Shown here piece after piece: positions 28,437 through 38,900 of a DNA stretch of 64,000 nucleotides. The notes below the pieces were generated by a model. The model was not told the origin of the DNA. It saw only the letters and a list, made by a program, of their open reading frames with translations, and searched no databases. This DNA comes from an uncultured Planctomycetaceae bacterium. GTDB taxonomy: Bacteria; Planctomycetota; Phycisphaerae; SM23-33. The position numbers were made by a program, and so were the translations under genes. The first letter of the stretch is position 1; each line of letters begins with the position of its first letter. The stretch is taken from positions 34,020 through 98,019 of the forward strand of contig CAYNZP010000006.1 in the NCBI GenBank assembly GCA_964401835.1, in the 5' to 3' direction.

Positions 28437-28835
28437 ATGACTGAGGAAAAAAAAGAAAAACCGAAAATAATCGTCGATGACGACTGGAAGACACAAGCCC
28501 AGGCCGAAAAGGAAAAACTCGAGGAAGAAGTTGAAAAAAGCGCCGAGCAGCAGCAAGCAGGACCAAGGGAAATACCCCCTGCCAGCTTGGTAACACTAAT
28601 CAGTTCGCTCGTTACCCAAATATTCATGGCACTTGGTGGCTATGAAGACCCCAAAACCAAGAAACGATACGTCGACCTGGAACTTGCCAAACATCACATA
28701 GATACGCTGTCCGTCCTGGAAGAAAAAACCAAGGGCAACCTGAGCGACGAAGAAAAGAAAATGCTCGACCAGGCCATCTATGAAGTTCGCATGCAATACG
28801 TCCAGATAGCCCAAAACGCAACAAAAAGCTCTTAG
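28437..28835 (+). CDS. DUF1844 domain protein
   Basis: Lys/Glu-rich N-terminus plus a conserved core (PASLVTLISSLVTQIFMALGG ... LEEKTKGNL). The ATG lies 1 nt after the pyrG stop codon. Confidence 0.6.
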   Translation: MTEEKKEKPKIIVDDDWKTQAQAEKEKLEEEVEKSAEQQQAGPREIPPASLVTLISSLVTQIFMALGGYEDPKTKKRYVDLELAKHHIDTLSVLEEKTKGNLSDEEKKMLDQAIYEVRMQYVQIAQNATKSS

Positions 28836-28948
28836 CCTCGAAGGCCCTCGTATCGGAAAATAATTCTGAAGATTTTCGAACAATTCTCATCCGAGATACG
28901 AACTAATAAAAATGAAAATAACAGGGCCTCCCTGATGAGCTCAAAATG

Positions 28949-28991
28949 AACCGGCGTTGGTTTTTCCTCCTTTCCCTCGCCGGTTTTTTTA
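28949..28991 (+). terminator. intrinsic terminator for the pyrG-DUF1844 transcript
   Basis: AACCGGCG ... CGCCGGTT stem followed by TTTTTTTT. Confidence 0.55.
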
Positions 28992-29003
28992 TTGCCAAAT
29001 CAT

Positions 29004-29034
29004 AAAAAAAGCGGCAGCCCTTCCAGACCGCCGC
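29004..29034 (-). terminator. intrinsic terminator for the convergent lipoprotein gene
   Basis: On the minus strand, a GCGGC ... GCCGC stem is followed by U7 (the A7 run at 29004-29010 on the plus strand). Confidence 0.5.
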
Positions 29035-29066
29035 ATTACTTCTCAAAATCTAAAAGAAATCCCTTG

Positions 29067-30047
29067 TTACTGCCCTGACAACTCCCCAATACGCCGCCTG
29101 GCGGTTGCTGCGTTGCCCAGCCGCGGAGGGTCCTGCTCCAGCGAAAGCTTGTAACATTCAAGAGCTTTTGTGTAATTGTGCAGCCGTATATCGTATATAG
29201 TTGCCGCCTGGAATCTTGCAGCCTCGGAAATATTTGGAGCCCACTGCCACGCGCGTTGATACCAGTGAACCGCCCGAACATTTTCGTTGAAGTATTCTTT
29301 GTAAATCTCCGCAATATAGTAAGCGGACATAGCGCTTTTCGTACTGTCGGGATACTTGTTGACCAATTCCAGAAAGAGCATCAAGGCTTCACGCTGCTTT
29401 TGATAATCTGTCACGCCGGGCAAGGGCTTGCCGAACATATAAAGCCTATACGCTTTTGTATAAAGCTCGTCGGCCTCAGATATAACCTTTGTGGGCTTAT
29501 AATCGGGGCCAGGAATTTCAGCATCCAGGAAGTACATGTAGGTACGGACCGGATCGAACCTCTTTTGCATATTCCCGATGAGTTTCGCCTTGAATTGGAG
29601 GTCTTCTCTCTCATAGAAGCCGGCAAGGGCTTCGAGATTCTTGTTGTACTGATTTCTTGCAGAAACCGCATATTCCGCCAGCAGCCGTTCGTCGGCACCT
29701 TCAAGTGACTCCGCGGCTGGCGGGACGATCTTGGGCATGTTGTCCCACTCGAATACTCGAGTCGCATTGAGATTCTTAATTTCCCGCTCTGACCAGCGAT
29801 GCTTATCCAGATTGCCGATTTTCAAATAGTAGTCCCGAAGAACCTTCAGGCGGAACATGTAGTTGACCCTTGCGGTTTCCATTGCTGTTACCGCATCGAG
29901 CTCAGCTGTGTTGTTTGGAGAAACCGCAACCACCCTGGCAATCTTGCCGTCAGCAGTCTTGGGGGGTTCAGGCGGCATATCGCAGCCTGAAATAACCAGT
30001 GAAATCAAAACGAAAAGACCTGTTGAACCGGAAAGAATCCTTCCCAT
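29067..30047 (-). CDS. TPR-like repeat lipoprotein (hypothetical)
   Basis: Lipobox LISLVISGC. The C-terminal half has TPR-like helical repeats (AYYIAEIYKEY...ALECYKLSLEQDP). Confidence 0.55.
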   Translation of the reverse strand: MGRILSGSTGLFVLISLVISGCDMPPEPPKTADGKIARVVAVSPNNTAELDAVTAMETARVNYMFRLKVLRDYYLKIGNLDKHRWSEREIKNLNATRVFEWDNMPKIVPPAAESLEGADERLLAEYAVSARNQYNKNLEALAGFYEREDLQFKAKLIGNMQKRFDPVRTYMYFLDAEIPGPDYKPTKVISEADELYTKAYRLYMFGKPLPGVTDYQKQREALMLFLELVNKYPDSTKSAMSAYYIAEIYKEYFNENVRAVHWYQRAWQWAPNISEAARFQAATIYDIRLHNYTKALECYKLSLEQDPPRLGNAATARRRIGELSGQ

Positions 30048-30189
30048 GGCGTCGCTCCTTACCCAAAAAAACCGTCAATTGGTGCTCAGGTATTATGCTC
30101 AACAGCTTGAATAGTTGCAAGGATTTCAAGGGGAATATGTTTAAGTAAATACAGAGAAGGCGTTCGGGTGAAACGGCCTGTGTCGGGTT

Positions 30190-31185
30190 TTATTGGGAAG
30201 GCTTTTTTGCTTTTCTCGCCAGTGGGTGCGTCTCGTCGTAAATTTCCTTGAGGCGGCTGGTGGACAGGTGCGTATAAATCTGTGTTGTAGAAAGGCTTTC
30301 GTGGCCGAGCATCTCCTGGAGGCTTCTGAGGTCGACTCCGGCATTGAGCATGTGGGTTGCAAAACTATGACGCAGCGCATGGGGGCTGATGTGGATGGGA
30401 ATGCCGGCAATCATCAAATATTTATCTAGCATCCTGCGAACGGACCTGTCCGAGAGTCGCTGTGATGATTTGTTAATGAACAGCGGTCCCCTCTTGGTCG
30501 AGCCCAGAATCCCCCGCCGCTTTTCAAGATAAGCCTCAATGGCTTCAACCGCCTTGTTACCAAGCGGAACAATACGCTCCTTTTTGCCCTTGCCGCGAAT
30601 CCTCAAGGCTTCTGCAAATTCGTCAAGATCCTCGATATTAAGCGATACGAGTTCACTGATTCGCAACCCTGCCGAATAAATCGTCTCCAGTATCGCCTTG
30701 TCACGAGCACCCAGAATTGTCGCGGTATCGGGAGCCTCCAACAATGCTGCTACCTGGTCAACATCCAGGCACTTCGGCAGGCGTTTATCCTGGCGAGGGC
30801 TCCGAATCGCACTGGCAGGCGATGCCTGCAGAAATTCGACACGAACCAGGAATTTGTAAAAACTCCGCAAGGTTGCAAGTTTCCTGGCGATTGTAGCCTT
30901 GGAATAATTACTGTTCCGCATTATCGCGAGATAGCCGCGAATTTCAGTCGGCGTCACCGCCAGCATCATCTTCTCTACCTTGCTGACGGGAAGTTCCACA
31001 TCGGGAAGATCGCCGGCTGTTACTTCAGAAAGGTCGCCCGGACCTTCTTCCATGATGCCGAAAGACGCGATAAATTGAACAAATTGAGTCAGATCCGCTG
31101 AATACGATTTGACAGTATGCGCGGAAAAGTTCCGTTCGCTTTCGAGGTATTCAAGAAATCTGGAAATAACAGGTAAAATGTGCAT
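30190..31185 (-). CDS. tyrosine site-specific recombinase, XerC/XerD type
   Basis: C-terminal catalytic box HALRHSFATHMLNAGVDLRSLQEMLGHESLSTTQIYTHL (R..H..R..Y). XerC/D-like N-terminal core-binding domain. Confidence 0.85.
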   Translation of the reverse strand: MHILPVISRFLEYLESERNFSAHTVKSYSADLTQFVQFIASFGIMEEGPGDLSEVTAGDLPDVELPVSKVEKMMLAVTPTEIRGYLAIMRNSNYSKATIARKLATLRSFYKFLVRVEFLQASPASAIRSPRQDKRLPKCLDVDQVAALLEAPDTATILGARDKAILETIYSAGLRISELVSLNIEDLDEFAEALRIRGKGKKERIVPLGNKAVEAIEAYLEKRRGILGSTKRGPLFINKSSQRLSDRSVRRMLDKYLMIAGIPIHISPHALRHSFATHMLNAGVDLRSLQEMLGHESLSTTQIYTHLSTSRLKEIYDETHPLARKAKKPSQ

Positions 31186-31227
31186 CCAACTTTCCTGGAA
31201 TTCTGAAACAGTCAGAGAATCTCGGCT

Positions 31228-31467
31228 TTAGTCCTGAAAATCTCGTGAACTATTGGTCGGCTCGGGACAAATTACATCCAAGCCATCAATCGCGGCTGTA
31301 TGGGCTACTTGCAGACCAAGCTTGGCCGCATCAAGCCAGTCCAGACCGCTTTGTGGGTCTTTTGCGCTTGAAACGACTTGTTCCATGACCTCGTCTTCAC
31401 AGCCGGAAATGTATTCAAAGACAAATTCCTGCTTGCCCTTACCGAGCCTTATCGTGCGTTTTGACAT
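31228..31467 (-). CDS. hypothetical small protein
   Basis: 79-aa ORF 43 nt upstream of the recombinase on the same strand. No family recognised. Confidence 0.3.
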   Translation of the reverse strand: MSKRTIRLGKGKQEFVFEYISGCEDEVMEQVVSSAKDPQSGLDWLDAAKLGLQVAHTAAIDGLDVICPEPTNSSRDFQD

Positions 31468-31760
31468 AAAGAACCTTTAAGCAATCCAATAACTCATTAA
31501 GTACAAAGCGACCTTGGGGTTATAAAGTAATCACAGGTTGCAATATGGTTATCGGACTAATGGGGCGAAAACTTCAGTAGCAATTTGAGAAAGCGAACAG
31601 CTTTTTTGACATGGAGTTGAGCTAATAGCCTCTATTTTGTATACTTAGAGCCTGTCCTGATAACAATGCGGCTCCGCGTGGTTATTAGGAAACCTGCTAA
31701 CCTATCAGCAGCAAAGTGGAGCAGTTGATTCGGGCATTTCTTTTTTATAAGGGTGAAAAC

Positions 31761-32615
31761 ATGAAACGTCTTATCCGAAAAATTATCTTCCTGATCCTGG
31801 GTGTAATAGTTCTGGTCGGGGCGGTTTCCTGGCTGTTTATCGATCCAATAGCAAAAGCTGGTGTTGAAAAAGGTGCCGGTTTCGCCCTTGGCGTAGAAAC
31901 AAGTGTCGATGATCTCGACCTGAGCCTAATCAGCGGAGACTTGACCATGGACGGATTGACCATCAGCAATCCGGAAGGTTTCAAGAGCCCCCACCTGATG
32001 CGCTACGAGCATTTCGAGTTAAACCTCCAGCCGGGGAGTGTCTTTTCTGACACCATCGTACTAGAAAAGTTCCAGATGGACGGGCTCGAAGTAAATATCG
32101 ATCAAAAGCTGACAAAAAATAACATTTCCGTGATTCTCGACAACCTGAAGAAGTTCGAAAGCGAGGATAAGGAAAAAAGCCCCTCGCAAAAGAAACTCCA
32201 ATTGGACCACCTCTTGATAAACAATGTTGTTGCCAACGTTCACGTGCTCTCTGGAAGAGAAGACTCCAAGCCAATAACAATTAAGATCGACAAGATTGAG
32301 TTAAAAGACGTAACTACAGGCCAGGATGACGGCATTTTGATAAGCGACCTGACGGCCAAGATAGTTGTGGCTGTTATCAATGCGATTGTCGAAAACGGAG
32401 AGGTAAACATTCCTGATGATCTTAATAAAAGCCTGAAGGCCGGCTTGGCCGACACAAAAAAGGCCCTGGAGTCCGCCGCTGACGATTTATTAAAGAAGGC
32501 ATCAGCTGAACTGGAAAAATACAAACCCAAAGAAGGCGAAGATGCCGAAAATGCCGAAAAGTCCCCCGCCGGTGGTTTGTTCGATATACTTGGCGGCTCG
32601 AAGGACGAAGAATAA
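31761..32615 (+). CDS. hypothetical N-terminally membrane-anchored protein
   Basis: MKRLIRKIIFLILGVIVLVGAVSW is a TM anchor. The C-terminus is acidic and low-complexity. Confidence 0.45.
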   Translation: MKRLIRKIIFLILGVIVLVGAVSWLFIDPIAKAGVEKGAGFALGVETSVDDLDLSLISGDLTMDGLTISNPEGFKSPHLMRYEHFELNLQPGSVFSDTIVLEKFQMDGLEVNIDQKLTKNNISVILDNLKKFESEDKEKSPSQKKLQLDHLLINNVVANVHVLSGREDSKPITIKIDKIELKDVTTGQDDGILISDLTAKIVVAVINAIVENGEVNIPDDLNKSLKAGLADTKKALESAADDLLKKASAELEKYKPKEGEDAENAEKSPAGGLFDILGGSKDEE

Positions 32616-32710
32616 GGCAAACACCAGTATCCAGTAGCCTGTAGTTATAATTTACATTGGTACGATATGCGAAGATAGTTGTGGACGAATATTAGTAAGG
32701 AGACAGAAAA

Positions 32711-32950
32711 ATGCGTTTAAGCTTTGGTGATAAGAGGGAAAAAATACGCCTTTTATGTTTGCTGCTTTTGGGGATTTTGTGGTTTGTTCTATATTTACTT
32801 GAAGTCAAAATGATATTTCATCTTATTGCAGTATTAGGTGTATGTGCTTATTTTGCTTCTTTTATCCTATTGCCACCCAAAAAGCATAGGCATCATCTAG
32901 GCAAAAGTGGCGATGATGAAAAAAAGGCGTGTGGAATGGAGATTAGGTGA
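32711..32950 (+). CDS. hypothetical small membrane protein (in the AT-rich island)
   Basis: Two predicted TM helices. Local GC is much lower than the surroundings. Confidence 0.3.
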   Translation: MRLSFGDKREKIRLLCLLLLGILWFVLYLLEVKMIFHLIAVLGVCAYFASFILLPPKKHRHHLGKSGDDEKKACGMEIR

Positions 32951-33122
32951 GGGATCACCACGAAGCAGTGAGTAGGCCATGCAACTTGCCACATGGCAAC
33001 AAAACATTACGACAGATACCGCATTATTGCGGGAAGATGCGATTTGTTATGCAACGAGTTGCATAACCTACAAACTGCCGTTCTCATGGACGATAGTGCA
33101 AGGGGAATAGTTCGGGACAGTT

Positions 33123-33764
33123 ATGAATAAAATGCCTAAAAACCCTCGACTAATGGAAGTTTTAATTAATAACTTACCAAAACCACCCAAGGGTGTTTAC
33201 TTTAGGTACATAGCTCGGAAGAAACAGCTTTACATAAAAGCTGGCATACACCCTCATATTCTCTTTGCATGCCTACTTTGGGTATGGGTACCTATCTATT
33301 TGTTTCTTATGGTACCCTGTGGGGGCAAGGATCTGCTTTTTAAACTTGTTGATGTTATTGTTAATCCAATAGCCTCATATCTTTCTACCTCATCCCTTGT
33401 TATTATAGATATCATTGTGTCCTTGACGCTGCTTTGTCTATCTGTGGCGATTTTGGGTTTACCACTTATTTTCATCATCCGCTTTTTTCGGGCAAGACTC
33501 TGTATCGCGGATTCAAGTCTAAGTATTTCAGGAATTCGTACCCAACGATGGGATTGGAATAGGAACAGAACGATCCAACTTGTTCGGGCAAATAAGAGAA
33601 GGGGTGGCGCGAAAACTATTGCTCAACCCGAGAACACATCAAGAGAAGAACTCGTGATTAATGTAGGCAAAATGAGAATTAATTCCGACCAACTCGAATG
33701 GATTAATAACGTTTTAGTTGAACTTGCTAAACTGTCGCAGGGCAATACGGGGACGGAGCACTAA
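33123..33764 (+). CDS. hypothetical membrane protein (in the AT-rich island)
   Basis: 3-4 hydrophobic helices. AT-rich codon usage unlike the neighbouring genes. Confidence 0.4.
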   Translation: MNKMPKNPRLMEVLINNLPKPPKGVYFRYIARKKQLYIKAGIHPHILFACLLWVWVPIYLFLMVPCGGKDLLFKLVDVIVNPIASYLSTSSLVIIDIIVSLTLLCLSVAILGLPLIFIIRFFRARLCIADSSLSISGIRTQRWDWNRNRTIQLVRANKRRGGAKTIAQPENTSREELVINVGKMRINSDQLEWINNVLVELAKLSQGNTGTEH

Positions 33765-34420
33765 TAAGGGAACATCCCAACGCACTAAAACCCGCCACGA
33801 AACAGAATAACCAAGAAAGCAATTTAAGCAGCATTTCAAATAACCAAAAGGGCAGCTGACTTCTATAAAAGCTTGGCTGCCTTTCCATAGCTCGAATATT
33901 TTGCAAAAATTCTAGGTTTTCGCGCCCTTCGACCTCGCAGGGCAGATCTTTGACAATTGAATATGGGTTAAAATCCGGTACATAGTAGCCCGTGGCCGGT
34001 AGTCAGTAGTCTGGCCGACGTGACAGCGTGGATGAAAGCGGCGGGTGGCATGGCTAGCTTGCAAGCCATGTTCTCGATTCAGGCAACACGCCTTGCGAGC
34101 AAGACGTGCCACACAAAAATCCCAAAAATTTCGGCATAGCGTGCCAACCCGGCGGTGTTTTTCAACGTCGATTGATAGAGCACAGCGTTTAAATGCGGTG
34201 TTAAAAATTTCGAAAAATTCTTCTCATGGCCCGGCCGGGGTTTAGATGCACTGCCGAATTTTTACGTTACCGCTTTGCGCGCGAAGTGGGGGTTTGGGCA
34301 GGTATATATGGAAGGACTATCTTTCCCGAAAAACTTCAGCATTTTTCGTTTTTTGACAATTAAATAGGCGATTTTGAACTCAAGTCCATCAACAGCCACG
34401 GCTTAAGCCATTTAAAAACT

Positions 34421-34520
34421 GGGCAGTTTTGGGCAGAATCGGGCACATTTGGGCAGAACTGGGCAGAACTGGGCAGTATTGGGTAGATTTGGGCAGAATT
34501 GGGCAGTTTCGGGCAGCTTT
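34421..34520 (+). repeat. 10 tandem copies of a 10-bp unit GGGCAGNNNY (perfect 10-bp phasing)
   Basis: Read directly: gggcagtttt gggcagaatc gggcacattt gggcagaact gggcagaact gggcagtatt gggtagattt gggcagaatt gggcagtttc gggcagcttt. Confidence 0.9.
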
Positions 34521-34584
34521 CGGCAAAGAGGCAGCTCGGTTTCGCTGGAGGCTAGGCCGTGGCCAGGGTTCAAAATACAAAAAA

Positions 34585-35991
34585 CTAAATAACCTCAGCC
34601 AGCGTCGTTTTGCCGAGAGATTCACGGGCCAGGCCCTCTACTCGTGATATCCGTTGCGATATCTGCAAATCGAAATTTTCGACAGATAGATCCTTTTCGA
34701 CCGTGCTGATTTCCATCAGTTCCAGCAGCGATATCTTCTCAGCCGGGCGGGCAAGGACGTATGCCTCCTGCAGGTCCGATTCCACTGGATAGACAATTCC
34801 GATGGCCCGCAGTCGTGTCATAATCTTCCCGACCGACGATTCAGGCAAATCAAGCGCGGCAGCTATTTGCTCCATGCTCACCGGCCCGCTACCCTGGCTG
34901 TATGGCTGGGCGACAGCGAAAGCTGCTCCGAGCAACCGGGAATAACTGACTGGCTCTCCCTCTTCGACTGCGTGAATATTCATCCCGGATAAACTTATTG
35001 CGGCATGGGCAAGCTCCGCACCAAAAAGGAATATCAGCCATGAGAGGTTCAGATACAGTAAAAATATTGGAAGCAGGCCCAACGCTCCATACAGGCTGTT
35101 CTTGCCGACCTCGCTGACATAAAGCCCGAACCCCCACCGCGCGACCAGCCAAAGTGGAAGCGCCACAATCGCACCGCCGGCTGCAGCGCGAAATGGTACG
35201 CGAGTGTTTGGCATCAGAGAGTAAATCGCCGCAAGCAAAATCAATCCGATAATCACAGGCCCGATCCATATGGCTGCGGAAACTATCCAGGATACTCCGT
35301 CGTTATCCTCTATCCCGCCCATTATCTGCTTGCCAGCGTAAATCGCACCAGCCATCGCCACCGGTACCAGTGTCAAAACGGACCAATAGACCAAAATCCT
35401 CCGCACAAGAGACCTGCTGCGTGGAGCGGCAAAAATCCGGTTAAGCGACCTTTCTATTGTGGTCAACAAGGTAAGCGCCGTCCAAATCAACAAGACAACG
35501 CCGATGGGACCGATTTTTCCAAGAGTGAGTTTTCGCTCGATCTTCTTTACGAGTTTTTCAATGTGGCCGGATACGGTTATCACATCATTTTCTCTGCGGC
35601 GTCTCCTTGGCCTTTGAGTTTCCTGCTCACCCAGCTGGGATGTTGAAGCATCTTTAAAAGATTCTCTTGCAGGTCGCTTTTCGGTCACGATCTGTATCTG
35701 CGAAAAGCCAACTCCCTCCAGAATATCGCTGAGACGTATATCGCTTTTTTCCACAACACCTACAGATTTCAGCACAAGCAGCGATAGCACAAGAACAGGA
35801 ATCATCGCAAAAAGTGTTCTGAACGAAAGCGCCGCGCTCATCGCCATGGCGTTATGCTCATGAAGCCGCCGGCCACAGAGTCGCCAGAGTTGGATATTAA
35901 TCTTTACAAGCTTTGCCCATCGGCCTAACTCGTCTCCTGGTGCGGTAAGAAGTGTTCTTATACGTTGGCGGAGCTTGCTGATTATTTTCAT
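34585..35991 (-). CDS. YihY/BrkB (virulence factor BrkB / RNase BN-like) family membrane protein with a C-terminal extension
   Basis: Six TM helices with the YihY signature (MSAALSFRTLFAMIPVLVL ... NLSWLIFLFGAELAHA). Confidence 0.75.
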   Translation of the reverse strand: MKIISKLRQRIRTLLTAPGDELGRWAKLVKINIQLWRLCGRRLHEHNAMAMSAALSFRTLFAMIPVLVLSLLVLKSVGVVEKSDIRLSDILEGVGFSQIQIVTEKRPARESFKDASTSQLGEQETQRPRRRRRENDVITVSGHIEKLVKKIERKLTLGKIGPIGVVLLIWTALTLLTTIERSLNRIFAAPRSRSLVRRILVYWSVLTLVPVAMAGAIYAGKQIMGGIEDNDGVSWIVSAAIWIGPVIIGLILLAAIYSLMPNTRVPFRAAAGGAIVALPLWLVARWGFGLYVSEVGKNSLYGALGLLPIFLLYLNLSWLIFLFGAELAHAAISLSGMNIHAVEEGEPVSYSRLLGAAFAVAQPYSQGSGPVSMEQIAAALDLPESSVGKIMTRLRAIGIVYPVESDLQEAYVLARPAEKISLLELMEISTVEKDLSVENFDLQISQRISRVEGLARESLGKTTLAEVI

Positions 35992-38900
35992 TCCGGCTTT
36001 TCCTTTTTGTCTTCGTCTTCAAGTGTGCCGCGAAGAATATCAAATATTGTATCGCCAATATCCTTGTCTTTGGAAGGACGCTTTTGGGGTTTATCTTCGC
36101 CTGGCGGAAGTTGGGAAGGAGATTCTCCGCCGGGAATTTTGAAAATGTCGCCGACCTCCCCGGCTTGTTCGAGAATTAATATTTGAATCGCCCGCCTGAT
36201 AAGACCATCAACATTGACCCGCACAAAGTCCAGAACTGGATTGAGGCGGCTGCCGACAATTGGTATGTCTATCCGCGTTCCATTCAGCACGCGCGCATAA
36301 TCGATAACAGGCCCGCCCACACCAAGTTTATCCAGAAGCTCCGGGCTGATTGGCAGTGAGACGACCAGGTTAACCGTGTCGTCGAAACCGACCGAACCGT
36401 AAAACTTCATATCGAAATCATCGCTAAGTCTCATGACGAAGTTGTCATACTGAATTCGGCCGTTCCTTATCACAAAGTCGACACCGTCAACTTCGACAGT
36501 CTGTTTTTCCTGGCTGGAAAGCGTGCTTAAAAGCAACAGCTGCCTGAAAAGGCCGGTCGGCTGAATCTTCAGATTCCTTAAATCCATATATCCCCTGCCC
36601 CCGCCACCTTGCTTGATGCTTTCACCCAGCGGCAGCGATATATCCCAAGTCTTTAGCGAGACCTTGCCTTCAATTTCCGCCTGACGTGCAAAAATGGGGT
36701 TTATCCTGCTTAATAATTCATCAGCCAGCTCACGGTTGATTTCGACATCTTCCATAACCTGCACGACCCCCGGCAACTGATAGCGAGGCTCGGTCGGCTG
36801 AAAGTCTACCAGGCCCCCCATACGCAACTTTCCGCCCGAAGCGGCAACCGCCGAAACTGGAATGTTGACTCGGCCATCGTCCAGCTTCGCTTCCAGTGTC
36901 GCCCGGCCAAGATTCAGGCCATAAAGCCTGCCGCTATCCCAGCCGAAATTGCTTTGAGCATCGAGACCTTTAAAACCAGGCCTGACGTCTTGCTGACTTG
37001 TCGGGCCGGTCGCACTGAAACTGCTGTTGCGAGAACCCGTGAAGCTGATATTGTCGGCCATCGAAGGGGAAAACTCGCCAAGAAGAGTGGAAAGGCGGTC
37101 CATGTTAACCGTGTAATTTCCGGTAAGTTCGACGATGCGGTCCGTGTCATAGCGCTTTAAATTTCCCGACATTTTTCCGCTTACGAGCCTGGAATTCACC
37201 TCTGCTCTTCGCAGCACAAGGGATTTTTCCTGCTGGTCCAACTCAGCTTCGTAACTAAATTGTGCTTTGGGCTCGCTGAATTGCTTTTCCTCTCCGATGA
37301 CAAAGTTTGCGATTTCGCCTCTGCCGGTGCTGGTAACGGCAGAACCTTTTGAATCAAAGCGACCCGTCCATTGCAGCTCGCCTTCTATAGCAGGCTGCTT
37401 CTTTAGTTCCAAGGTTTTCTTGATTGCGGGCATCGCTTTGCTTAGGTCGCTGTTAATATCGAACGTACCGTTAAGGCTGAGTGGTTCTGTCAGCTTGCAA
37501 TTGATTCCCCGAAAATCGACCCTGGCAACATCACTATCGACAGAGGCCTGTGGAATCTTCAGAGTCTTGTGTTTCCGGGCAAAAGTACTCTCAGCCATAT
37601 TAAAAAGGATATTCCTTTGCGTCACATTCTGGCCATTTACCCGCAGGTCCTCTATTCGCCCGTTTGCGGAAACTGTGATTATCTCTTTCAGAGAAGCCTT
37701 GCCGACTTTCGCATCTGCGGCCAAAATGCCTGAATACTTTTTCAAACCCTCCATACCAAAATAGTCTGCCCGTCGGCCGAGGTAGGCAATTTCGGATGTA
37801 AGTTTTGCGTCGCCTTCAAAAGTCTTCTGCTTGAAATCGTACCAGCCGTCGCCGGAGACAAAAACCGACTCATCAATGCCAAGCTCATTTTCGCTGGCGA
37901 TATACCGCACGGGCTTTTTGTCTTTCAAAACCAGATTGCCTTTATGGCTGAAATCCGCTTTGGCAAAATCCAGATCCCGCTTAGGTGTTTCATATCTGAA
38001 TGAAGAAATATTTGCTTTAACCGCAAAATCAAGCCGGTCTTTTTGAGGGCGGATCACATCAAGTCTTCCTGTCAGATCACCCCAGAGCCGCCCGTCAGTA
38101 AGCTCGAAAATTTCGCCAAATTGCCTGTCAAGTTGCTCAAGGTTCAGGCTGAAATCCGTAGTCATATTATCTGCGGACGCATTTACCTCCGCATTTCCGA
38201 ATCCGGTTTTGATATCCCCGAAAAGTAACACGCCCCGCTGCTCTTGGGAATCGGCGGAGATTCTCAAGACAATAGGCTCGGAGCGGATTATTCTGCCGGC
38301 TTTGGTAGCCTGCAAATCTTTTAGTTCCACTCTCGCTTTGGCAGTCGGTGTTTCACCGCCAATGACAAGGAATTCCGAAATATCCAAGCGCCCCTGTTGA
38401 ATATCAACGTCTCGTTTGAGTTTCATAACAGCCGGAATCGAATCGCCAAGAGTAGGAAGATCGATTTTCCCGGACGCCTCAAGATTGAACTCAGACAATT
38501 CAAGATGCTCGCCAGCCATGGCCGCTGAGGCAATCTTGTCCGCCTTGAACTTCGGAAATCCCTTATCACGCGGATAGATGAGCAAGGCCTGGAATTCACC
38601 CGCCCTACTGGCAACGGAAAGCTCACCTTTGACATTTGACTCATCCGGCAAAAGCCTGCCGACAACTGAAACATCTATAGGCTTTATTTCTACCGCCCCA
38701 TCGCGCGGGGTGTGAAGATCGGTTATCGTGGCATCAAGGTTGCCAGTTAGCTGCCGGCCTTGCTTGAGGGTCGCGTCAATTTCCAGACTCAGCTTGCCGG
38801 CTACCACGGCATCTTCCAGTGCGAACTCTGTCAACGACGCCAGGTCGATATTGTAATCGCTGAAGACCCTCACCTCCCCGTTGGCCCGGTCAGGGGTTAA

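Noticed and set aside
30190-33780. Possibility that the XerC/D-type recombinase plus the AT-rich island is a prophage or integrative element
   Set aside because: The recombinase has the housekeeping XerC/XerD N- and C-terminal signatures. There are no phage structural, replication or excisionase genes and no tRNA att site in the window. Only the compositional anomaly is retained as a finding.
34389-34647. Two overlapping ORFs (minus 78 aa, plus 72 aa) encoding repetitive 'GRIGQ/LPKSTQ'-type peptides
   Set aside because: They are produced purely by the 10-bp GGGCAG tandem repeat. They have no start context. This is a repeat artefact, not a gene. It is also not a CRISPR array, as there are no unique spacers between repeats.
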